Virus record (IMG/VR): IMGVR_UViG_3300021964_000019
Direction: 5' to 3' (one strand)
DNA: 64,000 nucleotides
Source of the DNA: an uncultured virus (IMG/VR IMGVR_UViG_3300021964_000019)
Taxonomy: Duplodnaviria > Heunggongvirae > Uroviricota > Caudoviricetes
Of the stretch, positions 10,201 through 18,303 are shown piece after piece (within the stretch, counting starts at the first letter, position 1; the number at the start of each line of letters is the position of its first letter). The translations under genes were made by a program, and so were the position numbers. Below the pieces are notes generated by a model that saw only the letters and a program-made list of their open reading frames with translations, had not been told where the DNA came from and did not search any database.

Positions 10201-13069
10201 CAGTGTTATTATTAGCAGCACCAATTGCTCCAGTGACATTTGACGCAGATACTGTGTTAAGAGCGCGTAGAGTGATACGAGAATCAGTTGCACGTGAAAT
10301 TTCGTAGAACTGACCATTAGACAGACCGCCAATTTCAACACCTTTGTCACGAATTTCAACAGTTCCATTCATGAGTGCATGCACACCACACTGATAGTAG
10401 AGTGTGTGAGGAGTAGAAGCACCTACTGCAAATACTACATTTCCAGTTTCGGAACGTGAGTTTGATACTCCTGTGGTATACTCTCCTACATATCCTCCAG
10501 CCGAGTATCCAGCTCCGTTATCAGTAGTAAAGTAGAATGGATGTCCAGAAGCATTTAAATCAAATCTATATGTTTCGCCACGATAGAGAGTGAGTGACGG
10601 GTTTGAGATGTTATCACCAATATCATACTCTGTGAATAAAAATGCTGCAGATCCATCCGCAGTAATTTGATACACACGATTGCCTTCATCATTACCTTCT
10701 GCAAAATACTGAGCACGAGCTGTACCAGAGATTTTGTGGTTTAGAATGTAGATTGAGTTGTAGAGCGAGTTTTGAACACGATACTCAATTGAAAAGGCAC
10801 TTGGAAATGACTGAATGTCATCTGTATTCGGAGTGACTGCTAGAGTCACTTTAATTATGTCTGCGGTGACTACTGTAACAGTTGCCTCAATAGTGGCCTG
10901 ATTGATAGTAGTTGAGTTACCAGTAGAGTCAGAGAAAACGAAACGTTCTCCTGCTGCATACTCTGTTGACGGAATTACAAGAAATACTGTGGCTCCAGAA
11001 GCGATACCGTGATTCGGAGCATAGATGGTGTTTCTGGCTGATGTGAGTGTTCTTGAAAATATATAGAATATCTCTGAAGCAGTTCCTGGTGTTACTGTAG
11101 AAGAGTTATAACCTACATTAAAACTGCCTGCTTCGTCTGTGCTAGCAAGAGGATAGTTATACTGTGCAGCAATAGTTCCGTGTCTGCCTTTTTCTCGCTG
11201 ATTTGCTAGATACGAAAACTGTTCTGAGGAGTATGCGTAGGTGCTCGACGGATCGTCTCCCTGAAACGCGATAAGACGATCTGGAGCTACTAGTCCTGCT
11301 CCATAGGCTTCACCATAGAGGTCAGATCCTGAATAAGAAAAATCAGCCTCTGTGGTAGGAGCTACGGTATATGTATTTGTAAGATACAAACGATAGTAGA
11401 TATAACTCACTGACGAACGGATATAGATCGACCAACGCATATAGGTGTTAGAACCTGATGTGTAGACAGAGTTACCATTCAACTCTAAGTTAGGATAGAT
11501 ATACCCATTATATCGTTGATAGTAGTTTCTCGCAGGTGTGTTGTATTGAAAGTAGTGATACATAAACTCACGATAACCGCCTAAATCACCATAGGTGTAG
11601 ATATTGTTTACACGAACGGTTCCAATGGGATTTGAAAAGTAGGATGAGAGGTTAATTGTGCGCAGTGAGTATGAATTCTTTGGATTATTCATATAGAAGT
11701 ATCCTGCATAACGATTCTCTGTACCTCCAGCAGTTGAAGTATATATTGTACGACGTGTCTGTCCAGTAGACGAGTAGATGCGATATACAAGTCCAAGACG
11801 GCACAAGCCATAGGTGTTAAGAGGAGTGGTGAGATTCACCTTTGAGGTGCGCGCAATATCTGAGTAGAGCTCAAAAGTATCATCATCAATGCGTGTCACA
11901 TAGTAGACAGTTCCATCAGTCATGCCACCATCACTCTCGCCTTTGCGCGGAGTGTTAAAGAGTAGGCAGAAGTTGCTGTAGAGTCCGTGCGCAGTCCAAG
12001 TGATTTGATCTGTGGCAGCGTTGACTGTGCCAGATGAGAGATAGAGTGAGTGTGTTGATTCCCAGTCATAGGCTACCACTGGTCCTGCCTGATAGGTTCC
12101 ACGACCTGTATCAGTATTTGAAGTGATGTTTGAGGTGAGTGTAAAATAGGTGTCAGTATCAATTGTGGGACGATTGTCAGCCTCATTTGCGGTAGAGGCT
12201 GAGTTAGCGAGTTCTAGTGTTTTTGGTCCCACTGTGTTGCGCACATAGAGTTTTGTGTTAGCTTGAAAACCATGAGTCTCATCTGTGGTCACAGTGATGG
12301 TAGACGGAGTACCCGCATCTGTTTTTGCACCACCTGATGTGCTCACTGGAATAGGCGATCCTTCAAAGAATCGAGCCGCTGTGAGAGTGGTGTAGGATCC
12401 TGAAATGTCACCAGTGGTTGATGCTGCCACGTCCAGTTCAAAGAAGAATGTGAGAGTGTCTGAAACTCCTGAAATAATAAAGAAACCTTCTGCCTGATAG
12501 TCACTCACACCTTGCACAGAGATTGGATTACCAATGCTCAGTCCGTGCGGAGTGGTGGTGATCACCTTTACCTGTTTTGATCCTGCAGTAGCTGTAACTG
12601 ATGTCACACCCTCGACAGGTGTTCCGCCAGTTTCTGCATACACTGTGGGAATGTTATTGACTAGCTGTGAGGTTTCCCACTTAGTAGACTGTAGTCCATA
12701 CTCAAAGTCAGTATCAATGAGGTTGCCAGGATTTGACACACGTAGCTTGCCGACAGCGTCTAAGAGGTCGTCGGTGGGTGAAAATGTCTCACCCTCATGA
12801 TTTTCTACTAGAATCTGCAGTGCATCATTGGCAGTATGTCCTAATGAGCTGCAGTTGGTGGATAGTTGGATTTGCGTTTCTTCACTTAACTGATCATAGT
12901 AAACTTGCACATACCCTTTTGTGGAGTCAGCAAAGTTATAGATAATGTCATTGTTGTTGCCAACGTTCGTGATCAATAACAGACGTTCTGCTAGAATGTT
13001 ATCATCTAGAAAAACAGTGTTAGTTGAGGGATCGTAGCGATACTTATTTAAGTGAAGTTTTTTAGCCAT
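7298..13069 (-). CDS. Large (1923 aa) virion structural protein with an internal cupredoxin-like domain
   Basis: LRVSNPGNLIDTDFEYGLQ and RYQSGKG motifs typical of marine-phage structural proteins; HGL/HGF repeats; GHPFY...YYQCGVHALM. Confidence 0.7.
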   Translation of the reverse strand: MAKKLHLNKYRYDPSTNTVFLDDNILAERLLLITNVGNNNDIIYNFADSTKGYVQVYYDQLSEETQIQLSTNCSSLGHTANDALQILVENHEGETFSPTDDLLDAVGKLRVSNPGNLIDTDFEYGLQSTKWETSQLVNNIPTVYAETGGTPVEGVTSVTATAGSKQVKVITTTPHGLSIGNPISVQGVSDYQAEGFFIISGVSDTLTFFFELDVAASTTGDISGSYTTLTAARFFEGSPIPVSTSGGAKTDAGTPSTITVTTDETHGFQANTKLYVRNTVGPKTLELANSASTANEADNRPTIDTDTYFTLTSNITSNTDTGRGTYQAGPVVAYDWESTHSLYLSSGTVNAATDQITWTAHGLYSNFCLLFNTPRKGESDGGMTDGTVYYVTRIDDDTFELYSDIARTSKVNLTTPLNTYGLCRLGLVYRIYSSTGQTRRTIYTSTAGGTENRYAGYFYMNNPKNSYSLRTINLSSYFSNPIGTVRVNNIYTYGDLGGYREFMYHYFQYNTPARNYYQRYNGYIYPNLELNGNSVYTSGSNTYMRWSIYIRSSVSYIYYRLYLTNTYTVAPTTEADFSYSGSDLYGEAYGAGLVAPDRLIAFQGDDPSSTYAYSSEQFSYLANQREKGRHGTIAAQYNYPLASTDEAGSFNVGYNSSTVTPGTASEIFYIFSRTLTSARNTIYAPNHGIASGATVFLVIPSTEYAAGERFVFSDSTGNSTTINQATIEATVTVVTADIIKVTLAVTPNTDDIQSFPSAFSIEYRVQNSLYNSIYILNHKISGTARAQYFAEGNDEGNRVYQITADGSAAFLFTEYDIGDNISNPSLTLYRGETYRFDLNASGHPFYFTTDNGAGYSAGGYVGEYTTGVSNSRSETGNVVFAVGASTPHTLYYQCGVHALMNGTVEIRDKGVEIGGLSNGQFYEISRATDSRITLRALNTVSASNVTGAIGAANNNTVTYFVDIETPLGSAVTTASITKVEFRGDFGNQNEYVVMSFSDGDEYFVGTSGQDTSNYLTEGFFGTKNISQILKTEGGKVGFDVTINPTSQVNFGRYLAGNKYYEIRFTVSGDAGTVTLNTASTSGKQEFIVDSVVGAYDGVFPITTTPSPKTFTFESDFKIPRRHYDFISSNVDTGTGVITLIDDHNLVTGEELTYSPGQNDSILTAGEGGNVFAISITANTFALADSSQNALNNSKLSLTAPTGTHTVRSDGIVKLVTGTGLISVAANGTSVTGTGTSFLTDFKRFDDIYIPTDGYIQPFTVDQITTDSNMTLYDATPALAANVTYQYSTQLILRPDGYSLHLPFDGGVDITAGTSPNSKITRQTRKYFRYQSGKGIQNSVAINFNPAKIMQDLIKTSGNVATVNTQEAHNLKVGDEITIDGAVVTTGNNYFNGDFAVSETANDFQFKYVMEAEPTQAKAGGFPTYVRKSWLDSYVRTGMFDDQNGFFWEFDGQKLYCVRRSSTLQIAGSVNVTRGSQVVEGVLTSFTTQLSRDDKVVIRGQTYQIVEVSSDLRMVVQPAYRGVTAAKVKVTKTVDTRIPQDEWNLDVADGTGPSGFVLNTTKIQMAYSDFSWYGAGKIRFGFKDQKGHVKYVHEFRHNNRLNESYFRSGNLPGRYEIENGPQATTAPTLFHFGTSVIMDGTFDDDKAYLFTRQSRPMAYTNGGSSSFTSSAVSTFEQITLNGKRVYVYSIPVSNVNAAATTVGDQIRDASNANLPEGTYVTQIKVDGSNSKIYTNYPALATQPSAAIYNDISSGATITVGEQEAIDLTRPLPLVSLRLAPSVDSSLTGSVGEREIINRMQLALKQAGITTNQGVEVFLIINALPSQLSFEDADKPSLSEIIEHSAGETLTGGTTILATKASAGSVEIDLAELLELGNSILGGDGIFPAGPDLLTVAVQPQSTASVTYSTPFEVSGKISWSESQA

Positions 13070-13077
13070 CTCAGTTC

Positions 13078-13275
13078 CTATCCTAGTGCAATTGCAAGAG
13101 CGGTGGCAGTTGCTTGATCAACTCCGCCTGCTGAAGTCCATGTGTTAGATGCACGAACCTGTAGTCCTGTTCCGACCACATAGTTGACATCACCGTCTGA
13201 AGCGCCTGTAGGCAGTTCGCTAGTAGAATTGCGTATTTCGACGACTGCGTGTCCTCTTAGTTGTGAATAGTCCAT
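13078..13275 (-). CDS. Small structural/adaptor protein ending in ALAIALG
   Basis: GGAGG SD; the C-terminal AIALG motif is common in phage fibre modules. Confidence 0.65.
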   Translation of the reverse strand: MDYSQLRGHAVVEIRNSTSELPTGASDGDVNYVVGTGLQVRASNTWTSAGGVDQATATALAIALG

Positions 13276-13287
13276 CTACACCTCCTA

Positions 13288-13325
13288 TATACTTACTACT
13301 ATACTATATTTCTCACGACCAGTCC
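13288..13325 (-). promoter_or_regulatory. Promoter for the leftward structural operon
   Basis: Minus strand TGGACT-N17-TATAGT upstream of the 13275 start. Confidence 0.5.
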
Positions 13326-13419
13326 AATCTTATTTTATGATATTTCTACACACTCTCCACCGCGTTTGATCTCCGATCAAAACCACAGTGCCACTCTTAA
13401 AAATTGAAAATGCACTACT

Positions 13420-14101
13420 ACACGAAGTGTTTTTAACTGCATTTGCTGTAGCATTATATGCATTATCATTTTTAAACTATTGCACACAAATATAAAATCT
13501 GTTACTCTACTATTGTGTCTACAGAAAATGAGTAGATCGCATACTAGTTGAACGCTGGAGTGCGGAGCTTCACTGCTGTTTCCTCTATGTTCACACTATG
13601 TTTCATCGCGTTATTGTAACTACGCAAGGCAACGAAGTTGCATCTACTGTGTTACAACGCGTTTCACCCGAAGGGTGAACTAGATGAACTACTTGCAATG
13701 TAATTGAATCTTTACGCGAAGCGTCTATCTTATTTTATACTGATATATAATAAACTATATCTTCCCTCAAAGCCGACGAAGGAGGCTTGATTTATTCATC
13801 AGAATAATCGCTCAAATGAACCGCGAACGGAGTTCGCAACGGTGGCGCAGCGTGCAAGCGATCTTCAACTTTTTTTGGTTGTGAGGGTGCAAAAATTCCA
13901 TTTTATCCTGATTTTTCCTTATTTTTACGATATTCCAACTTTTTTTACTTTTTATTCACTAGGCGCACGAAGTGCGCCGTATGTACACTTGCCAACAGGT
14001 TATTTGACATGCTATGATATAAGGGTGAGGAGGGAGGGAGACCTTGCGCAATAGACTAGGCTAAATAAGACTTCGTCTTTTTGAGAGCGCACGTAGTGCG
14101 C
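13420..14101 (+). repeat. Non-coding array of C-GNA-G triloop hairpins
   Basis: Hairpins at 13420, 13562, 13629, 13663, 13714, 13770, 13823, 13962 and 14087 (+), and 14067 (-). Confidence 0.75.
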
Positions 14102-14124
14102 GAGCTGTAGGAGACGGTGCGCAT

Positions 14125-14152
14125 AAAAAAAGAGGGAGATTGCTCTCCCTCT
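14125..14152 (-). terminator. Rho-independent terminator after A2 paralog 1
   Basis: AGAGGGAGA/TCTCCCTCT stem, GCAA loop on the minus strand, T7 tail. Confidence 0.85.
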
Positions 14153-14178
14153 AGTCTCCCCCTTTTATGAAAGGCTTA

Positions 14179-14487
14179 CTACTGAGCTACTACACCGATC
14201 AAGCGAGTGATAGCATCTTTAGTAGCACCTTCGAAGCCCTGAACATCAAAGCCAGTTGCTTCAAGGTCGCGAAGAAGTTCCTTCTTAGTTGGACCTTCCT
14301 GCTTACGAGCCTGCGCCTTCGGCTTGGCTACATAAACGCCTTCGCGAACGAGTTTAGAACGAACTGAACGCACGCTCTTCTCGATAGACGCAGCGATATC
14401 GTCAATCTCTACGCCATTCTGATACTGCTCAACAATCTGAGCAGTCATTTCTGCAGTGTAGTTCACTGCCTTTTGAGTATCAGCCAT
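14179..14487 (-). CDS. A2: T5 A2-like pre-early DNA-binding protein (paralog 1)
   Basis: IAASIEKSVRSVRSKLVREGVY resembles the T5 A2 IAK...SVRSKL motif; AGGAG SD. Confidence 0.7.
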   Translation of the reverse strand: MADTQKAVNYTAEMTAQIVEQYQNGVEIDDIAASIEKSVRSVRSKLVREGVYVAKPKAQARKQEGPTKKELLRDLEATGFDVQGFEGATKDAITRLIGVVAQ

Positions 14488-14559
14488 ATTACATCTCCTT
14501 ATGACTATGCTTTGGTGAGATCAGTCGTGAGGCGATCTCTTCCCTCATCTTCTTTATAT

Positions 14560-14588
14560 ATAATAGATGAAATTTATCTTTTAAGCAA
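14560..14588 (-). promoter_or_regulatory. T5-type strong promoter; a second tandem promoter (TTGCAT-N17-TACTCT) lies near 14653-14681
   Basis: Minus strand TTGCTT-N17-TATTAT. Confidence 0.7.
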
Positions 14589-15083
14589 GTGAAAAGTGAC
14601 GGTAGTGTGCACTTAATGGTTAGAACATTCATCTGTCTTAATCGTTATATAGAGAGTAACACATTTGAGGGCATGATGCAAGCGCAAATTGATTGTCTAC
14701 TTGCATCCATGCTGCAACATGATGTAACAAGACTTGGTGCTATCTAGCGCACACATTCATTTTCTACTTGACAACGAGGGGGGACTTGTGCTACACTACT
14801 GGCGCGGATACGATTGACCATGCATTTTAATAGTAGATCTACTACTATGGGCCGGTGCCAAAATAAGACTTACAATAGATCGACCACTTACTAGCAGCCG
14901 CATTAACTTTCTACTTGACAATCGTCGAACTACTACTGGTGCCGAGAGGCACAGTTAAAGTAAAATATTAAGAACGCCTCGTAGTGTTCGCGGCAACTTT
15001 AAGTTTGCTGCTTAAGTGCTTGGATTGATTTAATTTTGTTGGTTGAAGAACACCAGCGACATCATTGTTTTCATTGACAAAAC

Positions 15084-15113
15084 GCCGCCCCGGGGCTGGG
15101 TAAGTTGTTGATT
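15084..15113. repeat. Cassette junction element 1 (GC core plus IHF-like box)
   Basis: GCCGCCCCGGGGCTGGG-TAAGTTGTTGATT, a perfect YAA-N4-TTGATW match. Confidence 0.75.
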
Positions 15114-15124
15114 ATGAAGGGTTT

Positions 15125-15331
15125 TTAGCCCCCTTCATAAATTGGTAATTGTAGAGCATTGCCAACATCGCTGACCTCATAGTTTTTGCCAATGTTAGCC
15201 TGCTGTTCTGCTGTTTCGTATGGACAGCCATTCACGCCACAAGGCCAAATTGCAGGCTTGCCATTATCCCAACAGTTGATTCCACAGATATCACAAGTGC
15301 CTGTTTTAGTTCCAAAATTTTGTTTAGCCAT
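15125..15331 (-). CDS. Small Cys-rich (Zn-binding?) protein, 68 aa
   Basis: Start MAKQNFG after GGAGG; CDIC...C...C...C. Confidence 0.6.
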   Translation of the reverse strand: MAKQNFGTKTGTCDICGINCWDNGKPAIWPCGVNGCPYETAEQQANIGKNYEVSDVGNALQLPIYEGG

Positions 15332-15803
15332 TGATTGAATTAGCCTCCATGTGATTGTTAGCAGTGACAGCATCACAAGCAATGATGCCGATTTTAGAAA
15401 CTTCTTCTCTGACTTCTGGATTATCATCCCACATAATCTTTTTGTGGTTTTTCCAACGAGTGAGGAAAAAGTCTTGAAGCAATTCACGCTTCATCTGACC
15501 ATCTGGACGAGTATCACCGACTGGTCTTGAAATAATGTTAGCGCATCCAATAGCGTGTTTAGCAAAGAAACGCATATCATCAGAGGTGAGAGTTCGAGCA
15601 GTGCAGAACATTACAGGAACGCCTTCACGCTTTAATTTTCTGAAAAGTTTAGCAAGAGGAAGCAGAGTATCTTTTTCGATATTGTTCCAAGTTGCTAGTC
15701 TCAACCATTCGCTAAGAATTAACCGACCATTCTCATCACGAGGTGTGCGATGTTCAGAGTTGATTAGAGTTCCGTCAAGGTCAAAGATAAATACAGTTTT
15801 CAA
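15324..15803 (-). CDS. HAD-superfamily phosphatase (PNKP-phosphatase/dmp-like), paralog 1
   Basis: FDLDGT motif I, CTAR motif II, K motif III, WDD motif IV. Confidence 0.85.
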   Translation of the reverse strand: MKTVFIFDLDGTLINSEHRTPRDENGRLILSEWLRLATWNNIEKDTLLPLAKLFRKLKREGVPVMFCTARTLTSDDMRFFAKHAIGCANIISRPVGDTRPDGQMKRELLQDFFLTRWKNHKKIMWDDNPEVREEVSKIGIIACDAVTANNHMEANSING

Positions 15804-15835
15804 AATAGTCTCCTTATTTGTTTTTCTTATATATA

Positions 15836-15948
15836 GTTATAAACGAATTTTCACCAAATTGCAAGCACAAAATGGTCTTTAGACGCATTTTTCCTAGTTA
15901 GTGTTGCAAAAATGTCACAGCGCCCCGGGGGCCCGTAAGTCATTGAAA
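15836..15948. repeat. Minus-strand promoter plus cassette junction element 2
   Basis: TTGCAA-N17-TATAAC (-); TGTTGCAAAAATGTCACA (15902-15919); GCGCCCCGGGGGCCCG; TAAGTCATTGAAA. Confidence 0.75.
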
Positions 15949-16221
15949 TCGTTGACTTATTCGGTCTTCATCTCGCCAGATTGCTTCATCTGATTGATCA
16001 TAGTGATCTTGATCAGGATATTCTTCTTCCGAGAAGTGTTCATCCCATTCGTCTGGCAAGATGCCAGTCATGATGAATTCCCTGTCATCATCCGACAGGT
16101 GAGGAAACGCATCTTGGATGAGGATGCCGCCAGCCTCCCATGCCTCTAGTGTTTCTCGTGAAACATCAATTTCGCGAGTGTTGGTTGCACCAGAGATGAT
16201 TGATTTTTTAGTGATAAGCAT
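15940..16221 (-). CDS. Conserved hypothetical phage protein (LIQDAFPHLSxDDREFIMTG family)
   Basis: Start MLITKKS after GGAGG; the motif is familiar from environmental phage proteins. Confidence 0.65.
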   Translation of the reverse strand: MLITKKSIISGATNTREIDVSRETLEAWEAGGILIQDAFPHLSDDDREFIMTGILPDEWDEHFSEEEYPDQDHYDQSDEAIWRDEDRISQRFQ

Positions 16222-16233
16222 AGAGCATCCTCC

Positions 16234-16277
16234 AAGAAAAAGAAAAAAGGAAAGAGAGAGAGGCTTGCGCCTCTCTC
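16234..16277 (-). terminator. Terminator after A2 paralog 2
   Basis: GAGAGAGGC/GCCTCTCTC stem, GCAA loop (-), pyrimidine-rich tail. Confidence 0.7.
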
Positions 16278-16283
16278 GCACGA

Positions 16284-16595
16284 TTATTGCTTGACGACAC
16301 CCATCAGAGCAACAATCGCTTCTTTAGTAGCACCCATCATGCCATTGATAGGAAAGTCAGAAGGCAGAGTATCTTCCAAATCGCGAAGCAATTCCTTCTT
16401 AGTAGGCTCATCGCTCTTGCGAGCCTGTGCCTTTGGCTGTGCGACATAAACGCCCTCACGAACCAATTTTGACCGAACAGACCGAACAGTTTTGCCAATG
16501 GCTTCTGCGATTTCATCAATCGCAACGCCATCTTGATAGAGGTCAACAGCCTTAGCAGTCATTTCAGGTGTGTAGTTTACAGTTTTTTCAGACAT
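16284..16595 (-). CDS. A2: T5 A2-like DNA-binding protein (paralog 2)
   Basis: MSEKTVNYTPE...VRSVRSKLVREGVY...PTKKELL. Confidence 0.7.
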   Translation of the reverse strand: MSEKTVNYTPEMTAKAVDLYQDGVAIDEIAEAIGKTVRSVRSKLVREGVYVAQPKAQARKSDEPTKKELLRDLEDTLPSDFPINGMMGATKEAIVALMGVVKQ

Positions 16596-16669
16596 ATTTT
16601 TCATCCTTTGTCTAGAGTTGAACTTCATTTTATAGATAGAATATATCACAAAAATATCCAAAAGTCAAG

Positions 16670-16816
16670 TCAGTAATTTGACAGATTGCATCTTTTTGAG
16701 TCAATCTTTTGACGCTTGCGGTTGTAATGCTTTTTGGACAGCACAACCTGTGGGCGAAATTCTTTCACCACACGCGCCACTGGATTTCTTCTGGTTATCT
16801 TTGTTTTCTTCATCAT
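16670..16816 (-). CDS. 48-aa basic ArfA-like peptide, apparently leaderless (not in ORF track)
   Basis: MMKKTKITRRNPVARVVKEFRPQVVLSKKHYNRKRQKIDSKRCNLSNY*; extended -10 (TGTGA-TATATT) ends 7 nt before the ATG. Confidence 0.55.
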   Translation of the reverse strand: MMKKTKITRRNPVARVVKEFRPQVVLSKKHYNRKRQKIDSKRCNLSNY

Positions 16817-16867
16817 GAGTTTAATATATCACAAAAATAGAATCTTTCTCGTCTGAATGCGACTAAT

Positions 16868-16957
16868 TGTGTTCAGTATACGACAAAATGCAAATAAAAT
16901 ATTCAATGATTTCAATAGGTTAGCGGCCGCGGCCCGGGGGCTGGTAAGTGCTTGAAA
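16868..16957. repeat. Cassette junction element 3
   Basis: TGT-N12-ACA (16868-16885); TTTCAATAGGTTA, 22-bp GC core (GCGGCCGCGGCCCGGGGGCTGG), TAAGTGCTTGAAA. Confidence 0.75.
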
Positions 16958-16964
16958 TTGCAGG

Positions 16965-17594
16965 TCAAATCACGCTGTCAATTTCATTCACCACAATTCT
17001 CAAAGCCTCATCACGACCCTCAAAGCGGTTATCCATGTTCACAATATTCCAGTCGCCAAGTTCAAACATTGCTTCTTTTTTGAGAGTAAGAGCATCAAAG
17101 TTTGAAACAGCCTTTGCATCATTAGGCGAGTGCTTCCAATAGCGTAGAGGGTCATGCTCTCTGCGTGTCAACAGTGTGCGTTGCTTGGCTTCATCTATTG
17201 ATAGCCAAAGTTTGACAAATAGAATTGGGCGTTCTTGTTCCCATTTCATCACCTTTGCCATAAAATTCCAGTATTGTTTTTGAGAACACCAGCCCATGAC
17301 AGGTTGAAGCAGTGCGCGAGAATAATGCGAGCGGTCATAGAAAACCATTTCACCTTTTTTAGGAAGCAATCTTTGCCATTCAGCAAGCCATGATTTCATC
17401 ATGCGTTTTGTTGGCATAAATGACGGCACAATGCGATGAGCATATGGCGGCAAGTATCTGGTCAATTCGCGGATTGTACCAGATTTGCCAGCACCATCAC
17501 GACCCTCTAATAATACAGCCACACGATAGCCTTTGTCATGGATAGTTTCAGCAAGTTCATTTAGGCGAATAAGATTGTCAAGATTAGTTTTCAT
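16965..17594 (-). CDS. ppk2: Polyphosphate kinase 2 family protein
   Basis: Walker A LEGRDGAGKSG, YDRSHYSR (DRSWY-like), KLWLSIDxxxQ, DPLRYWK-SPND lid. Confidence 0.9.
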   Translation of the reverse strand: MKTNLDNLIRLNELAETIHDKGYRVAVLLEGRDGAGKSGTIRELTRYLPPYAHRIVPSFMPTKRMMKSWLAEWQRLLPKKGEMVFYDRSHYSRALLQPVMGWCSQKQYWNFMAKVMKWEQERPILFVKLWLSIDEAKQRTLLTRREHDPLRYWKHSPNDAKAVSNFDALTLKKEAMFELGDWNIVNMDNRFEGRDEALRIVVNEIDSVI

Positions 17595-17645
17595 TGTGTT
17601 CATCCTTAATTGAAAGAGTTGGGGGAATTTCACCCCCATATTTTT

Positions 17646-17951
17646 TTATTGCTCGTAGTGAGCCAAGATAGCCAACAGACAGGCTTTAGTTGCACCCATC
17701 AGACCATCAGCAGGAAATGGAACGACTTTTTCAAGTTCAATCATAATTTCCTTTTTGGTTGGTTCATCAGACTTTTTAGCAGTCTGTTTTGGTTGTGTCA
17801 CATAGACACCTTCACGAACCAATTTTGAGCGAACAGAACGCACAGATTTTCCAATCGCATCTGCGATTTCAGAAATAGCGATTCCCTCTTGATAGAGGTC
17901 AACAGCCTTTTGAGTGAGTTCTGGTGAGTAGTTAACATTTTTTGCAGTCAT
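17646..17951 (-). CDS. A2: T5 A2-like DNA-binding protein (paralog 3)
   Basis: MTAKNVNYSPE...SVRSVRSKLVREGVY...PTKKEI. Confidence 0.7.
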   Translation of the reverse strand: MTAKNVNYSPELTQKAVDLYQEGIAISEIADAIGKSVRSVRSKLVREGVYVTQPKQTAKKSDEPTKKEIMIELEKVVPFPADGLMGATKACLLAILAHYEQ

Positions 17952-18038
17952 TTTTAACATCCTTATGACTAAGAGAGGTTTCCATTTTCAGGACTAGTCA
18001 CATGACCTTTCTTAACGCTCTCTGATTTAATATATATA

Positions 18039-18192
18039 GTTATAAACGATTTTTTCCAGAAAGTAAAGCAAAAAATGCAGTGTGATTGCATTTTTTTCGT
18101 AAAAAGCCAAAAGTGTTGTATTTATGCAACACATTTTATCAATTAAATCAATGACTTAGCCGCTCCCCCGGCCGCGCCGTAACTGGTTGATT
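18039..18192. repeat. Minus-strand promoter plus cassette junction element 4
   Basis: TTTACT-N17-TATAAC (-); AAAAAATGCA-N7-TGCATTTTTT; TGTTGTATTTATGCAACA; AATCAATGACTTA, 21-bp GC core, TAACTGGTTGATT (both perfect IHF consensus). Confidence 0.8.
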
Positions 18193-18303
18193 TCACTTAA
18201 AAATCAGCCAGTATAACGCGCCTCCCCAAATTATCGTATCAGTTGCGACCGAATAGCCAAGATAGAGACCGACAGCCAACCGCTTAAATGTATTCTGGCG
18301 CAT
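18193..18303 (-). CDS. Small membrane peptide
   Basis: MRQNTFKRLAVGLYLGYSVATDTIIWGGALYWLIFK; GAGG SD inside the upstream gene. Confidence 0.5.
   Translation of the reverse strand: MRQNTFKRLAVGLYLGYSVATDTIIWGGALYWLIFK

Noticed and set aside
13562..13571. N4-like virion RNA polymerase promoter (GCGGAGCTTC)
   Set aside because: The stem is incomplete, no vRNAP gene is visible, and the gene content is T5-like; kept only as an analogy.
13842..14054. 70-aa + strand ORF in the hairpin region
   Set aside because: GTG start without a clear SD; runs through T-tracts and palindromes; likely non-coding.
13300..15080. tRNA genes
   Set aside because: No cloverleaf with a T-loop GTTC(G/A)A and acceptor stem could be identified by eye.
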